NCBI GenBank assembly: GCA_965237525.1
Contig: CBDEFO010000004.1
Location: 320,001-384,000, forward strand
Length of the DNA: 64,000 nucleotides
Source of the DNA: Candidatus Latescibacterota bacterium
GTDB lineage: Bacteria; Latescibacterota; CBDEFO01
Reading direction: 5' to 3'
The notes under the pieces were generated by a model. That model saw only the letters and a program-made list of their open reading frames with translations. It searched no databases and was not told where the DNA came from. Below, piece by piece: positions 10,370-20,515 of the stretch (position 1 is the stretch's first letter; every line of letters starts with the position of its first letter). The position numbers and the translations under genes were made by a program.

Positions 10370-10379
10370 GGCTTTGAGT

Positions 10380-10447
10380 GCTTAACAACTCGCTGAAACT
10401 GACATTTTCCTCTGCACTTTGCTCCGATCGCCCGCGGTCAGGTTACC
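10380..10447 (+). other. Degenerate/truncated attC-like site
   Basis: GCTTAAC-aactc-GCTGAAA-CTGAC follows the hicA stop and pairs with a downstream GTCAG. No intact R' box. Confidence 0.45.
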
Positions 10448-10468
10448 ATACTGTCTACTTTTTTGAGC

Positions 10469-11539
10469 CTATAGACCTATTCCCTCGACTTCAATTCTTC
10501 CAGGTTCCCCCAATTCTCCGTCTACTTTGAACTTTAGGGGCAGAAACTGCTCTACAACCCAGATATTGGTTAACAGATGCCGTGTAATCTTCGACGTAGT
10601 AAAACTGGAACAGCCATTTGCAAGAGCTATCCAGGGGATGAGTTGATCCGAAAGATGAGGGTCTAAAGCTCTACCTGTGTCGTAGTGTTGTAAGAATTGA
10701 TCTATCGTCTCATCAGCCACCCGTTCAGCCCGCTTTCCTCTTTCGCCCAGTGAACTGAAGCCGCACACAGCACCTTCAAACTCCGCTATCAACTTAACGA
10801 AAGTCCCTTTACCCACAGACGGTACCTCCATAGCGTCCATACCCGCGTCTAAGCCCTTATCCTTCAACCTCCTTTCGACCTGCTCCTTTTGACGATGCGC
10901 TATATTCATAGGAAGATTCGAGACGGCGGATATTCCCCTGATTCGCATAAGGTTACCCCTTTCCACAAAATCTATCCCTCTCAGGGAGTCCGCAGGCTGG
11001 ATGTCGCACTCGACTATGCCGCCCCCCCGCGGATACCACCCCCACCTTGCTATCGCTATTTTTGCTTTGAACCCCATCCACTCCGCCGAAGGCAGAAAGA
11101 CATCCCTTATGTAGTCAATCGGAGGTGCCCACCTTGTGTGAGTGCCCCCTTTCAAGACGATATGCGAAGCGGCGTCCGCAAAATTCAAGATCGGAGCTAA
11201 AGATTGAAATATCATGCCTGTCGAGCCTGCGCTTTCTCTTACTTCTGACACATCAAACTCATACCTTCCGGCTTCTGTATCGCCCGGGAACAGACAGACC
11301 CTCTGGGAGAACAACTCCGCCCCCTCTAATTTCCCATTGCATACACGAGCTACAGCGCGCACTCCCGTAAGATGCTGAGCCATAAGCCCCGGCTTTTTTC
11401 GGCCGGCTCTTATCTTTGTGACCTCAACTGGTCGCCCCAATATAGCCGAAAGAGAAAAGGCAGTCCTCAGGATCTGCCCTCCGCCCTCCCCGTACGATCC
11501 ATCTATACGCAGAAGCTGTCCCCTGGACACTAGTATCAC
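10469..11539 (-). CDS. rtcA: RNA 3'-terminal phosphate cyclase
   Basis: IDGSYGEGGGQILRT, PGLMAQHL, GGT, YPRGGG, HLSDQL (catalytic His), HLLTN. Confidence 0.95.
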   Translation of the reverse strand: MILVSRGQLLRIDGSYGEGGGQILRTAFSLSAILGRPVEVTKIRAGRKKPGLMAQHLTGVRAVARVCNGKLEGAELFSQRVCLFPGDTEAGRYEFDVSEVRESAGSTGMIFQSLAPILNFADAASHIVLKGGTHTRWAPPIDYIRDVFLPSAEWMGFKAKIAIARWGWYPRGGGIVECDIQPADSLRGIDFVERGNLMRIRGISAVSNLPMNIAHRQKEQVERRLKDKGLDAGMDAMEVPSVGKGTFVKLIAEFEGAVCGFSSLGERGKRAERVADETIDQFLQHYDTGRALDPHLSDQLIPWIALANGCSSFTTSKITRHLLTNIWVVEQFLPLKFKVDGELGEPGRIEVEGIGL

Positions 11540-11620
11540 CTCTTAGATCAGTAGTCATCAAACAGTAGACAGGGCTGCCGTTCCCATCCCTACCACAAGC
11601 CTTCAACAGCACACCCCAGA

Positions 11621-11649
11621 AATCTACTATTCCACAGTCCCAACGTCAA
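11621..11649 (-). promoter_or_regulatory. Sigma70-type promoter for rtcA
   Basis: TTGACG-N17-TAGATT on the minus strand. Confidence 0.55.
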
Positions 11650-11676
11650 GCGCAATCCCAAGTTTTGGCTTTATCC

Positions 11677-11705
11677 TTGACAAAGAAGCACTTTTGTTCT
11701 AAATT
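11677..11705 (+). promoter_or_regulatory. Sigma70-type promoter, divergent from rtcA
   Basis: TTGACA-N17-TAAATT. Confidence 0.55.
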
Positions 11706-11740
11706 AGATTTACAACGGTCCCTAAGAGAGCAATAAGACA

Positions 11741-12175
11741 ATGTCAAAATGCTCTTTGATCTTAATACGCGAAACTCCTGAACAGTTGACGGGGAGCGGA
11801 TGCTGCGGCAAATTGGAAGGTGACACGGTATGGCAGGGGGGAAACTGCGTGTTTGAAGACAGCAGAAAGGGACAGGAGATTATGGGGGATCTCTACATGA
11901 AAATCAAAGAAGAGATCGGCATAGATCATCTAGATATTACATATGTAGACCCCAGGAATCAGCTATATCTTATACCCAAGCTCCTCGGGGACGTTCTGAA
12001 ATTCAGACCTCCCCTAAGAGACGCATTAAAGACTATGTTTATGGTCTTTCCTGTTCCCGCTGTCATCTTAAACGGTAGGATCATCTCGGATCCGACATTG
12101 GGCTCGTCATATAACCTGGAGGACATCACTTCAACTTTCAATAGAGTTAGAGAGGTTCTAAAGCAGCCGATATAG
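11741..12175 (+). CDS. Hypothetical protein, possibly thioredoxin-like fold with GSGCCG motif
   Basis: ORF downstream of a promoter. GSGCCG, YVDPRN and PAVILNGR motifs. Confidence 0.6.
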   Translation: MSKCSLILIRETPEQLTGSGCCGKLEGDTVWQGGNCVFEDSRKGQEIMGDLYMKIKEEIGIDHLDITYVDPRNQLYLIPKLLGDVLKFRPPLRDALKTMFMVFPVPAVILNGRIISDPTLGSSYNLEDITSTFNRVREVLKQPI

Positions 12176-12253
12176 TCTCAAATCAGCAGCGCGATGGTAG
12201 GAACCCCCCCAAACGCGAAGAACTTTTTGGGGAAAAAAGAAAGGGATTAGGAT

Positions 12254-13282
12254 TTGTTAGCAAACATACTCGTAAAGCCAGGCCACATAGAGCTAAGAGA
12301 AGTGGAGACACCCAAGCCGGGCTCCGGAGAAGTCGTGGTGAAGATAAAATCCGCTCTGACCTGTGGGACTGACCTTAAAGCCTTTAAAAGAGGCCATCCC
12401 AAGATGCCTATGCCCACGCTCTTTGGACACGAATTTTCAGGCGACATCTATGAAGCAGGGAACGGAGTAAACGGCTTCAAGGTGGGAGATCAGATAATGG
12501 CAGTTCATTCGGCTCCCTGTTTAGAGTGCCACTACTGCAAGATTGGATTGGAAAACCTCTGCGAGACGATAATGACGACCAAAGCCGTGGGAGCCTATGC
12601 AGAGTACATAAAAGTTCCGGAGCGCGTTGTAAAACACACAATGTTTGAAAAGCCTGACCATCTCTCATATGCTGAATCAGCTATGGTAGAACCCCTCGCT
12701 TGCGTCGTCAACGGCATAGACCAGGTTGAAATAAACCGGGACGATACAGTTCTTATCATAGGTGCAGGCGCCATCGGACTGATGCACATTATGGTGTCAA
12801 AGATTCTGGGTGCAAAGAGGATAATAGTCTCAGGCAGGAGGAAACTCCGTCTTAAGCTTGCAAAGGAACTCGGAGCAGACGAAGTCATAGACGCCGCCGT
12901 GGAAAATCCCGTCAAAAGGGTGATGGAACTTACAGATAAAATGGGAGCCGAGCTCGTCTTTGAATGTACAGGGCAACTTTCAGTGTGGGAAGAGTCTATC
13001 CACATGGTCTCAAAGGGCGGCACAGTAGTCCTCTTCGGAGGATGTCCCAAGGGAACAACAGTCTCCTTCGATACAACCAGACTCCACTACGATCAGATCA
13101 CCCTCAAGGGCGCCTTTCACTATACAAGAGCTGCTGTTAAGAAGGCCGCCGGGTATTTAGTGGAGAAGAGACTCGACGTCCAGAAACTCATCACGGACGA
13201 ACTACCTTTTACAGAGTTGAATAAGGCATTTCAGCTTTTGATGGAGGGCGAATCTGTTAAATTCGCCCTGACCACCTTATAA
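12254..13282 (+). CDS. Zn-dependent alcohol/polyol dehydrogenase (MDR)
   Basis: CGTD, GHE, CxxCxxCx7C, GAGAIG. Confidence 0.9.
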   Translation: MLANILVKPGHIELREVETPKPGSGEVVVKIKSALTCGTDLKAFKRGHPKMPMPTLFGHEFSGDIYEAGNGVNGFKVGDQIMAVHSAPCLECHYCKIGLENLCETIMTTKAVGAYAEYIKVPERVVKHTMFEKPDHLSYAESAMVEPLACVVNGIDQVEINRDDTVLIIGAGAIGLMHIMVSKILGAKRIIVSGRRKLRLKLAKELGADEVIDAAVENPVKRVMELTDKMGAELVFECTGQLSVWEESIHMVSKGGTVVLFGGCPKGTTVSFDTTRLHYDQITLKGAFHYTRAAVKKAAGYLVEKRLDVQKLITDELPFTELNKAFQLLMEGESVKFALTTL

Positions 13283-13391
13283 GTAGAAAGCAAACAGTAG
13301 CCCTTGATCCCCAATAACATCAATTGTGGACTCAATCGAGGGCAGACAGTGCATCGCTTGCCATTCCTGACTATAGTTAAATATCTCATAG

Positions 13392-14414
13392 ATGAAAGCA
13401 GCCGTAGTCCACAGCTTCAGTGACGTAAGGATAGAGGAAATAGACATACCCAAAATCGGTCCTGGGGACGCACTTGTAAAGATGAAAGCCTGCGGGATAT
13501 GCAGCGGCGATGTGACGCCATGGTACATCAACCGCAAGGCTCCTGTAGTCCTGGGACACGAACCTGCAGGCGTCATAGACGAAGTTGGGGAGCACGTCCA
13601 GAACTTCAAGGAGGGGGACAGGGTCTTCATCCATCATCACGCCCCCTGTTTGAATTGCAGGCACTGTATGCGGGGCAACTTCTCTATGTGCAGAACGTGG
13701 AGAAGATCCCATATAGTCCCAGGCGGGATTGCAGAATATGTCAAAGTCCCCGAGATAAATCTTCAAAATGATACAATTAAGCTGCCAGATAGCCTCTCCT
13801 TTGAAGATGGAGCACTGATAGAACCCACAGCCTGCTCTGTCAAAGCCTTAAAAAGAGCCAAGGTGCAAAAGGGCGATACCGTCCTGGTTATAGGCCTGGG
13901 TTTTATGGGTCAGTTGAACGTCATCCTCTCAAGATACTACGGAGCAGATAGAGTTATCGCCGCCGATTTAGTACCCTTCAGACTCGAAAGCGCAGTCCAG
14001 TTCGGAGCCGACCACGCCGTTGACGTATCCAAAGACAACCTCAAAGACAAAATGCAAGAATACACAGATGGGATAATGGCAGACGTGGTCATAGTCGGGC
14101 CTGGGAGCATCTCGGCTATAGAATCAGGGATCGAATGCGCAGGCTTTGGGAGCACGGTTGTCCTTTTCACCCCAACACCGGAAGGAGAGATTCTCAATAT
14201 CGAACCGTACCATCTCTATTTCAACGAGATAAACCTTATATGCAGTTACTCCTGCGGACCTGACGATACCAGATCTGCCCTCCACATAATAGAGAAAGGC
14301 ATAGTCCCCACCCAGAAGCTCATCACCCATCGCTATCCTATCGAACAGACACAACAAGCTTACAGGAAGACCTCCGAGGCCAAGGATTCTCTCAAGACGC
14401 TTATTTTATTGTAA
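13392..14414 (+). CDS. Zn-dependent alcohol/polyol dehydrogenase (MDR)
   Basis: GICSGD, GHE, CxxCxxCx7C, GLGFMG. Confidence 0.9.
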   Translation: MKAAVVHSFSDVRIEEIDIPKIGPGDALVKMKACGICSGDVTPWYINRKAPVVLGHEPAGVIDEVGEHVQNFKEGDRVFIHHHAPCLNCRHCMRGNFSMCRTWRRSHIVPGGIAEYVKVPEINLQNDTIKLPDSLSFEDGALIEPTACSVKALKRAKVQKGDTVLVIGLGFMGQLNVILSRYYGADRVIAADLVPFRLESAVQFGADHAVDVSKDNLKDKMQEYTDGIMADVVIVGPGSISAIESGIECAGFGSTVVLFTPTPEGEILNIEPYHLYFNEINLICSYSCGPDDTRSALHIIEKGIVPTQKLITHRYPIEQTQQAYRKTSEAKDSLKTLILL

Positions 14415-14457
14415 TTGCAATAACAGATAAATGTAGGGGCGAGGTAAGCTCGCCCCC

Positions 14458-14850
14458 ATGAAAACGACAGACAAGACCATGGGAGTAACACACAGATTCA
14501 AAGGCGAAAGCGGAAAGTTCGACTGGGAGGACGTTCGCCGTGAGCCTTACACAGGAGACGGCGCAGTTGGAGGAACTAAGCTCTCCATCATAGGCCCGCA
14601 AGAGGGAGCTCATAACTTTACCTTCCGATATTACGAAGTAGAACCCGGCGGGCGGACTTCCTTCGACCGACATACGCACGACCACGGGGTTCTCATAGTT
14701 AAAGGAAAAGCGAGGGTCCTTATAGGCGGAGAAAAAAAGAGGTCGGATTCGGAGATGTAATCTATATCGGCCCCAACGAGCCACACCAGTTTGAGAGCAT
14801 CGGCGATGAGGCCTTAGGGTTTTTCTGCGTCGCCTCACCCAAAGAAGTAG
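14458..14850 (+). pseudogene. Cupin-domain protein split by a -1 frameshift at an A7 run (14732-14738)
   Basis: Motif 1 (EPGG..HTHDHGV) is in frame 0. Motif 2 (GDVIYIGPNEPHQF) is in the -1 frame. 3' end approximate. Confidence 0.75.
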
Positions 14851-15006
14851 ACAGTAGACAGGAATTCCCCCTTCCCCCTAAACCGTTATTGCGATCGATA
14901 GCGACCCGGTCAGGACTTCCAACTCCGAAGGAGAGGCGAAGCGGAATCTATCTCCGTTAGACTGCCTTTCCTTCCTCTATTTTGTACTTTATAGAAAGAT
15001 ACAAAG

Positions 15007-15819
15007 ATGAACGATAAAGAAGAATTCTTGAATTTGGCAGTAGAAACAGCCCTAAAAGCCGGAGGGCTGCTCATAGACTATCTGGGGAACATTGAGTGTG
15101 TAGAGGACAAAGGCGTCGGAGATCTGGTAACCGAGGCCGATAGAGACTCGGAGTCCCTCGTAGTTGAAGCTATCAAAAAGGCATTACCCGATCACGGTAT
15201 AGTCGGCGAAGAGGGGAGCGGATTTAACCTAAATTCGGAATACTGCTGGCTGATTGACCCTTTAGACGCCACGTTCAACTACGCCCACGGATTTCCGATC
15301 TTCGACGTATCGATAGGGCTGCTGAAGGACGGCGTACCAGTAGTGGGCGCTGTGTACGATCCACTAAGGGACAAAATGTTTTGCGCATCTGATGGCAACG
15401 GAGCATATCTCAATGAAGATTTGCTTCAGGTAAGCGATACTCCGAAGTTAACGCCGACAGCTCTTTTTGCCGTCTCCACGGCAATAGTGGAAAATGAACT
15501 GATGCCCGGAACGGTTAAGTACATGCAGAAGATATTCTCAAACGGCTCAAAGTGCAGGTCCATAGGCTGCGCCGCTTTGAGCCTGTGCTACACAGCAGAA
15601 GGGGTATTCGACGGATATATAGATATGGACATCAAGGCGTGGGACATAGCGGCTTCGGGCCTTATCCTCCTGGAGGCGGGAGGCGAATTCACATATCTTT
15701 CAGGCGAACCTGTGTTTCCTCTTAAGGGAGAGCCGAAGACCTACTCAAACCTGCGAATGAACCTCTTAGGAACAAACGGAAAAATTCACGGACAGATCCT
15801 TGAGTCAATGGGCAAATAG
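15007..15819 (+). CDS. suhB: Inositol monophosphatase family protein
   Basis: DLVTEAD, GEE, WLIDPLDATFNY, AWDIAA. Confidence 0.9.
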   Translation: MNDKEEFLNLAVETALKAGGLLIDYLGNIECVEDKGVGDLVTEADRDSESLVVEAIKKALPDHGIVGEEGSGFNLNSEYCWLIDPLDATFNYAHGFPIFDVSIGLLKDGVPVVGAVYDPLRDKMFCASDGNGAYLNEDLLQVSDTPKLTPTALFAVSTAIVENELMPGTVKYMQKIFSNGSKCRSIGCAALSLCYTAEGVFDGYIDMDIKAWDIAASGLILLEAGGEFTYLSGEPVFPLKGEPKTYSNLRMNLLGTNGKIHGQILESMGK

Positions 15820-15902
15820 CCAGTAGGTAGTGGAATTGGCCTTGACGAAATAAGCTCCTTTAGTACATTTCTCACAAAATCTCTCAAAATCTCGGATAGA
15901 AC

Positions 15903-15930
15903 GCCCGTCAGACATGGCGGGCTTTTTCTT
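15903..15930 (+). terminator. Intrinsic terminator
   Basis: GCCCGTCA-GACA-TGGCGGGC followed by TTTTTCTT. Confidence 0.75.
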
Positions 15931-16281
15931 TGGTTATTTACCAGACTACCTACTTTAGTAACAGGAGTCAGTACGGGCAAACCCATGTGTTAACCCAATC
16001 AGGGCAGAGACGCGGGTTTGACCCTACTCTTTGCTATCTACTTGATTACGCGTATGCTTCCACAACAGTTCAATATTACACATACATAAGAGTTATAGTG
16101 TTCACAAAATGGAGAATAATCGATCAGATGTCAAGATGTATTTGCAGGAAGCTCTGCTAAGGTAATGGACCGTCAAATTTATTTGACAAGAGAGACAAAA
16201 TCGAGTACCTTGGAGGTAACAAACAACTGACAAAACATCACACTCAACCTAGTTTCACAGGTAAAATCAAAGGAGCGGAGC

Positions 16282-17865
16282 ATGCCACAACCACGCATGA
16301 TGTTCTATCACGACGCACGTCACTCTCTAATCTATATGTACGAGCCGCCGATGCAGAAAGAGGAGTGCGAGGCCGCTGTCAATGAATTAGTCGGCACGCC
16401 GATAGAGGCCATAATGTTCTGCCTGGGAGATGGGCGCACCGTACTCCACGACACTAAAGTAGGTGAGTTATGGGGCCATAATGTGGATAAATGGTCACAT
16501 CTGATCTTCCACCGGGCCCACCGAAACGCTGTAGACTTGATCGAAGCAAGCTACGATCCGCTGCGCATCGTCTGCGACCGCGCTCATCAAAAGGGTATGC
16601 TGATCTACCCTACCCTACTGGTGCAGCAGGGCAGCGGCCAGCGCGGTCAGGATACGCGCGGATCGGACTTTCGCTTTGACAATAAACACTTGGAGATCGG
16701 TGCCAAAGGCGACCTCGATCCTAACCTTCCCGGATTGGACTGCCTGGATTTTAAGCATAAGGAGGTGCAGGAAGAGCGCTTTGCATTGATCGAGGAGACA
16801 CTCACTAACTACCCTGTGGATGGCTTTGAATTGCAGCTGAACTATCAACCCTATTACTTTCATCCGAAAGAGGTAGAAGCAGGCTGTAAGATCATGACAG
16901 AGTGGATCGGGCGCGTTTATGAGGCGTTGAAAAAGAGCGGCTCTGAGCGCGAGCTGGCGATCCGCATCCCATTCAGCATCGAGGGATGTTTATCTGTAGG
17001 TCTTGACGTGTGCGAATGGATCAAAGAGGGTATTGTGGGCGTCCTGATCGGCCAGGCATTTTCAGTCCCGGAACTGCTCGATCAACTGACCGATTTCACC
17101 CCTTTAGTGGAAGCAGCAAAAGGTACAAAGTGCCGTATTCACGCCGCCATCCAAAGCCATGTGGACTCCGATCGCCTGGGCGATGCGACTATCGAGATGA
17201 TCCGCGCCGCTGCATGCAATTACTGGGATCAGGGCATCGACGGACTATACCTGGCGCATTGGTTCAACAACTGGCCGTACGGGGCATCCTTCTATGAAAA
17301 ACTACGTGAGCTGCCCCATCCTGATGTCATGGGCGTCAAGGATAAACACTATTACGTCCTCACCGAAACGGGTAGAAACCCACAACCAGCTGGAGAACCG
17401 GGGACAACCAGACAGCTCCCCCGTAACCTGGAGGAGAACAAACCTGTTGAGATAGATATACAAATCAGCGATGACCTGCGGCGCTGGGACAGAGTCGGTC
17501 GCGTGCATGAAGTACTCCTGCGCGTGCGGATTATGAACACCACTGAGATCGACCAGTTGCGCTTCGAGCTCAACGGAGTAGAATTTCCCGATAGGCTTCT
17601 GCGCAAGATCAACCAGATATACAGGATGCATGCGCCGCGGTATCGCACTGGCTCAGACTACTGGTTCGTCTATAAGCTGGATCGGGAGCACTGGCCTCTA
17701 AAGGGAACTAACACCCTCAAGGTGACACTCTTAAAGCGGGATCCAGAGGTGACACCTCAGATATATATTCGCGATGTGGAGTTGGAAATCAAATATCTGA
17801 TGGGCAAGAACTTTCATCGAGGCCAGGATCCGGATCTTGGTCCGTACGAGCACAGTGGCTTATAG
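16282..17865 (+). CDS. Hypothetical TIM-barrel protein, GHL10/DUF187 glycoside-hydrolase-like
   Basis: RBS AAGGAG. LDFKHKEV..YPVDGFELQ and GIDGLYL motifs. Upstream TTGACA-N17-TACCTT at 16183-16211. Confidence 0.6.
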   Translation: MPQPRMMFYHDARHSLIYMYEPPMQKEECEAAVNELVGTPIEAIMFCLGDGRTVLHDTKVGELWGHNVDKWSHLIFHRAHRNAVDLIEASYDPLRIVCDRAHQKGMLIYPTLLVQQGSGQRGQDTRGSDFRFDNKHLEIGAKGDLDPNLPGLDCLDFKHKEVQEERFALIEETLTNYPVDGFELQLNYQPYYFHPKEVEAGCKIMTEWIGRVYEALKKSGSERELAIRIPFSIEGCLSVGLDVCEWIKEGIVGVLIGQAFSVPELLDQLTDFTPLVEAAKGTKCRIHAAIQSHVDSDRLGDATIEMIRAAACNYWDQGIDGLYLAHWFNNWPYGASFYEKLRELPHPDVMGVKDKHYYVLTETGRNPQPAGEPGTTRQLPRNLEENKPVEIDIQISDDLRRWDRVGRVHEVLLRVRIMNTTEIDQLRFELNGVEFPDRLLRKINQIYRMHAPRYRTGSDYWFVYKLDREHWPLKGTNTLKVTLLKRDPEVTPQIYIRDVELEIKYLMGKNFHRGQDPDLGPYEHSGL

Positions 17866-17903
17866 ACCTGCAGACAGCAAAGCAAGAAAGGTAAGAGCGA
17901 ACA

Positions 17904-17933
17904 GTCAGGGCAGACCTATGCGTCTGCCCTGAC
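17904..17933. repeat. Perfect 12-bp-arm palindrome (REP-like or terminator)
   Basis: GTCAGGGCAGAC-ctatgc-GTCTGCCCTGAC. Related GGGCAGAC-type sequences near 15975-16025 and 44911. Confidence 0.7.
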
Positions 17934-18049
17934 CAATGTGTCAAGCATGAAAATACGGATGTCGGGACAACCACTGGCTGGCTTGTTTCCACATCTCCCG
18001 TGCACTGCCCATGGGTTCGGCGTTACTTTTATACGCTTTTGTATTTATA

Positions 18050-18078
18050 TTGACAATGTATGACCTGTGGCGTATAAT
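18050..18078 (+). promoter_or_regulatory. Perfect consensus sigma70 promoter
   Basis: TTGACA-N17-TATAAT. Confidence 0.85.
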
Positions 18079-18112
18079 GTGTTATTAACGTTTTGCTTAC
18101 CCGGAGACAATA

Positions 18113-18259
18113 ATGTTCGGAGACCTAGACAAGCTGAGACAGAATCCCAAACTCAAAAGGCATAAATACGAGTGGTTGATAATCCTTGCCATTGCCGTAG
18201 CCATCGCTCTTATAGGCGGAGGTCTGTTTGATCTTATTATGTGGTTTTCAAAGCAGTAG
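18113..18259 (+). CDS. 48-aa single-pass small membrane protein (absent from the ORF track)
   Basis: GGAG RBS. MFGDLDKLRQNPKLKRHKYEWLIILAIAVAIALIGGGLFDLIMWFSKQ: basic N-terminus, then a hydrophobic helix. Confidence 0.7.
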   Translation: MFGDLDKLRQNPKLKRHKYEWLIILAIAVAIALIGGGLFDLIMWFSKQ

Positions 18260-18279
18260 AGCAGAAAGGAAGATTAATA

Positions 18280-19375
18280 ATGAACGGCAAGGCAGCTATA
18301 TTCACAAAGGCGCGCGCGCCCTTCGAAATAAGAGAATATCCCGTGCCGGACGTAGGAGCCGACGCTATAGTAGTGGTACTTTCGATGTCGAACATCTGCG
18401 GTTCGGATCTTCACTTCTGGAAGGGGCGCGGACCTGGCATACCCCAGGGCATAAATCAGATTTTAGGCCACGAAATGGTCGGCACAATTTACGCCCTGGG
18501 GAAAAATGTGAAGACTGACGATCTGGGACAACCCCTCAAGGAGGGAGACAGGATCGTCTATTCCTATTTCAGATCCTGCGGACAATGTCCAGTATGTCTT
18601 ACCGGAGGACCGGCGTGTCCCAACAGATACAGGGATTGGATAGGGGTCCCAGCAGACGAGTTTCCGCACTTCAACGGCGCATACTGGGGAATATTACTAT
18701 ATGGAGCCGGGACATTGGGTCTTCAAGGTGCCCGACGAACTTCCCGATCAAGTGGTCTCGCCCCTGAACTGCGCTCTTTGCGAGTCGATATATGGTATGA
18801 ATCAAATAGGGATCACCCTGGAGGATACAGTAGTGATACAGGGTGCCGGCGGCTTGGGACTCTACGCCTCCTCTATAGCCAAGGAGATGGGCGCAGGACA
18901 GGTTATCGTTCTGGACAGGTTAGAGGACAGATTGAACTTGGCAAAAGAGTTCGGCGCGGACAGTGTTGTAAATGTAATAGAAACTAATAGGGAGCAGAGG
19001 ATGGAATTGGTGCACGATCTGACAAGAGGAGCCGGTGCCGACGTTGTCGCGGAGTTCACAGGGGTCCCACAGGTAATAGACGAGGGGCTTAAACTGCTCA
19101 GATTCGGGGGAAGGTATCTCTGGATAGGCAACATAAACGTCGGCTTCAAGACAAAGTTAGATCCGGCGCTGGTAGTCAGGCCGAACAGGACCATAAAGGG
19201 CATCACAGCTTACGAAAAGTGGGTCATGCCGAGGGCCTTGGATTTCCTTGTCAGGGCAAAGGATAAGTACCCCTTCCATAAGATCATCTCCCATAAGTTC
19301 AGATTTGACCAGATCAACGAAGCGTTTCGATTTGCAGACGATGGCAGGGCTATCAGAGTTGCGTTAGAATTTTAA
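18280..19375 (+). pseudogene. Zn-dependent dehydrogenase (MDR) with a +1 frameshift near 18685
   Basis: N-half CGSD/GHE/CxxCxxC and C-half GAGGLG lie in different frames. Removing one base gives GAYGEYYYMEPG. Confidence 0.85.
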
Positions 19376-19506
19376 GGTGACCCCAATAATGCGGCGTTAG
19401 CACTGCGTGTATTGCAACCAGCCCTTTCCGGGGGTATTTGAGGAGCAAGCGATAACAAAGCGCGAAGCGCACGAAGAACATTTGGGGCAGAAGGGAGACT
19501 AACAAT

Positions 19507-20346
19507 ATGTCCATAGTAGTTGACGCTCACCTTCACGTATGGGACGAGTTCGCATCAGCGGGCAGACCGGCTCTATCCTCTTTTCCCGGTCAGTTCTGCG
19601 TGCACTCTGAGGCCTCCGCCGAACTTCTTCTGGACTACATGGATGAAGCCGATGTCGACAAAGCGGTGCTTGTTCAGCCCGTGTACTACGGCGCCGACAA
19701 TACTTACCTATCTTCAGTGTTGAAGCGATTTCCGGGAAAATTCGCAGGTGTATGCGTCGTTCATCCCTGGGACAGAGACGCCCCAGATCGATTAGAATAC
19801 TGGGTCGAGGAGAACAACATAAGGGGAATAAGACTCCGACCAGCAGTGCCAGAGGAAAAAGTATGGTTTAATCACAAGGACACATATCCACTGTGGGAAA
19901 GGGCACAAAAGTTGAACGTGCCAGTATGCGTGCTCTTGGGTCCCCACCCTCTGGATATAGTGGAGGAAATGGCCGTACGATTTGAGGGCGTAAGATTGGT
20001 TCTGGATCACATGGCCTATCCGAACGTAGAAGAGAAAACATCAGGGAAGCGCTTCCAAAAGCTTCTGAGCCTTTCAGATCTTCCCAACGTATATATCAAG
20101 ATATCGGGTTTCGGATGGTATTCCAAGGAGCGGTATCCCTACAGCGATACGCACGAGATTATAAAGGTTGTGCGGGATGAGTTCGGCGCCAAAAGGATGC
20201 TCTGGGGGACCGACTTCCCGCACGTCCTTGTCAAGTGCGGCTACATCAGGAATCTCAACTTCATAAGAAGGGAACTTGCATTCCTGTCGGACGAAGATAA
20301 GGAACATATATTGGGCGCGACTGCGATGAGCCTATGGGAGTTCTGA
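19507..20346 (+). CDS. Amidohydrolase_2 family (sugar lactonase-like)
   Basis: VDAHLHVW, AVLVQ, GIRL, LDHMA, WGTDFP. Confidence 0.85.
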   Translation: MSIVVDAHLHVWDEFASAGRPALSSFPGQFCVHSEASAELLLDYMDEADVDKAVLVQPVYYGADNTYLSSVLKRFPGKFAGVCVVHPWDRDAPDRLEYWVEENNIRGIRLRPAVPEEKVWFNHKDTYPLWERAQKLNVPVCVLLGPHPLDIVEEMAVRFEGVRLVLDHMAYPNVEEKTSGKRFQKLLSLSDLPNVYIKISGFGWYSKERYPYSDTHEIIKVVRDEFGAKRMLWGTDFPHVLVKCGYIRNLNFIRRELAFLSDEDKEHILGATAMSLWEF

Positions 20347-20515
20347 AAGGCAGCAGAGAGGATACATAAGTAGAAAGCAGGGGTAGACAGTAAACCAGGG
20401 GCTGCCGCCCATCCCTTGAGATTGGTTCGCTCCCCCCGATTGACCCCCGATAGATTCAATCGGGGACAATCTCTAAGGAAGGGAAGACGGTATTCTGTCT
20501 ACGGCCTGCTTCTTT

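Noticed and set aside
15961..16040. GGGCAAACC as a c-di-GMP-I riboswitch
   Set aside because: Lacks the GAAA tetraloop stem and the GCAAAGC..CCTAA P3 pattern. It resembles the GGGCAGAC REP-like palindromes instead.
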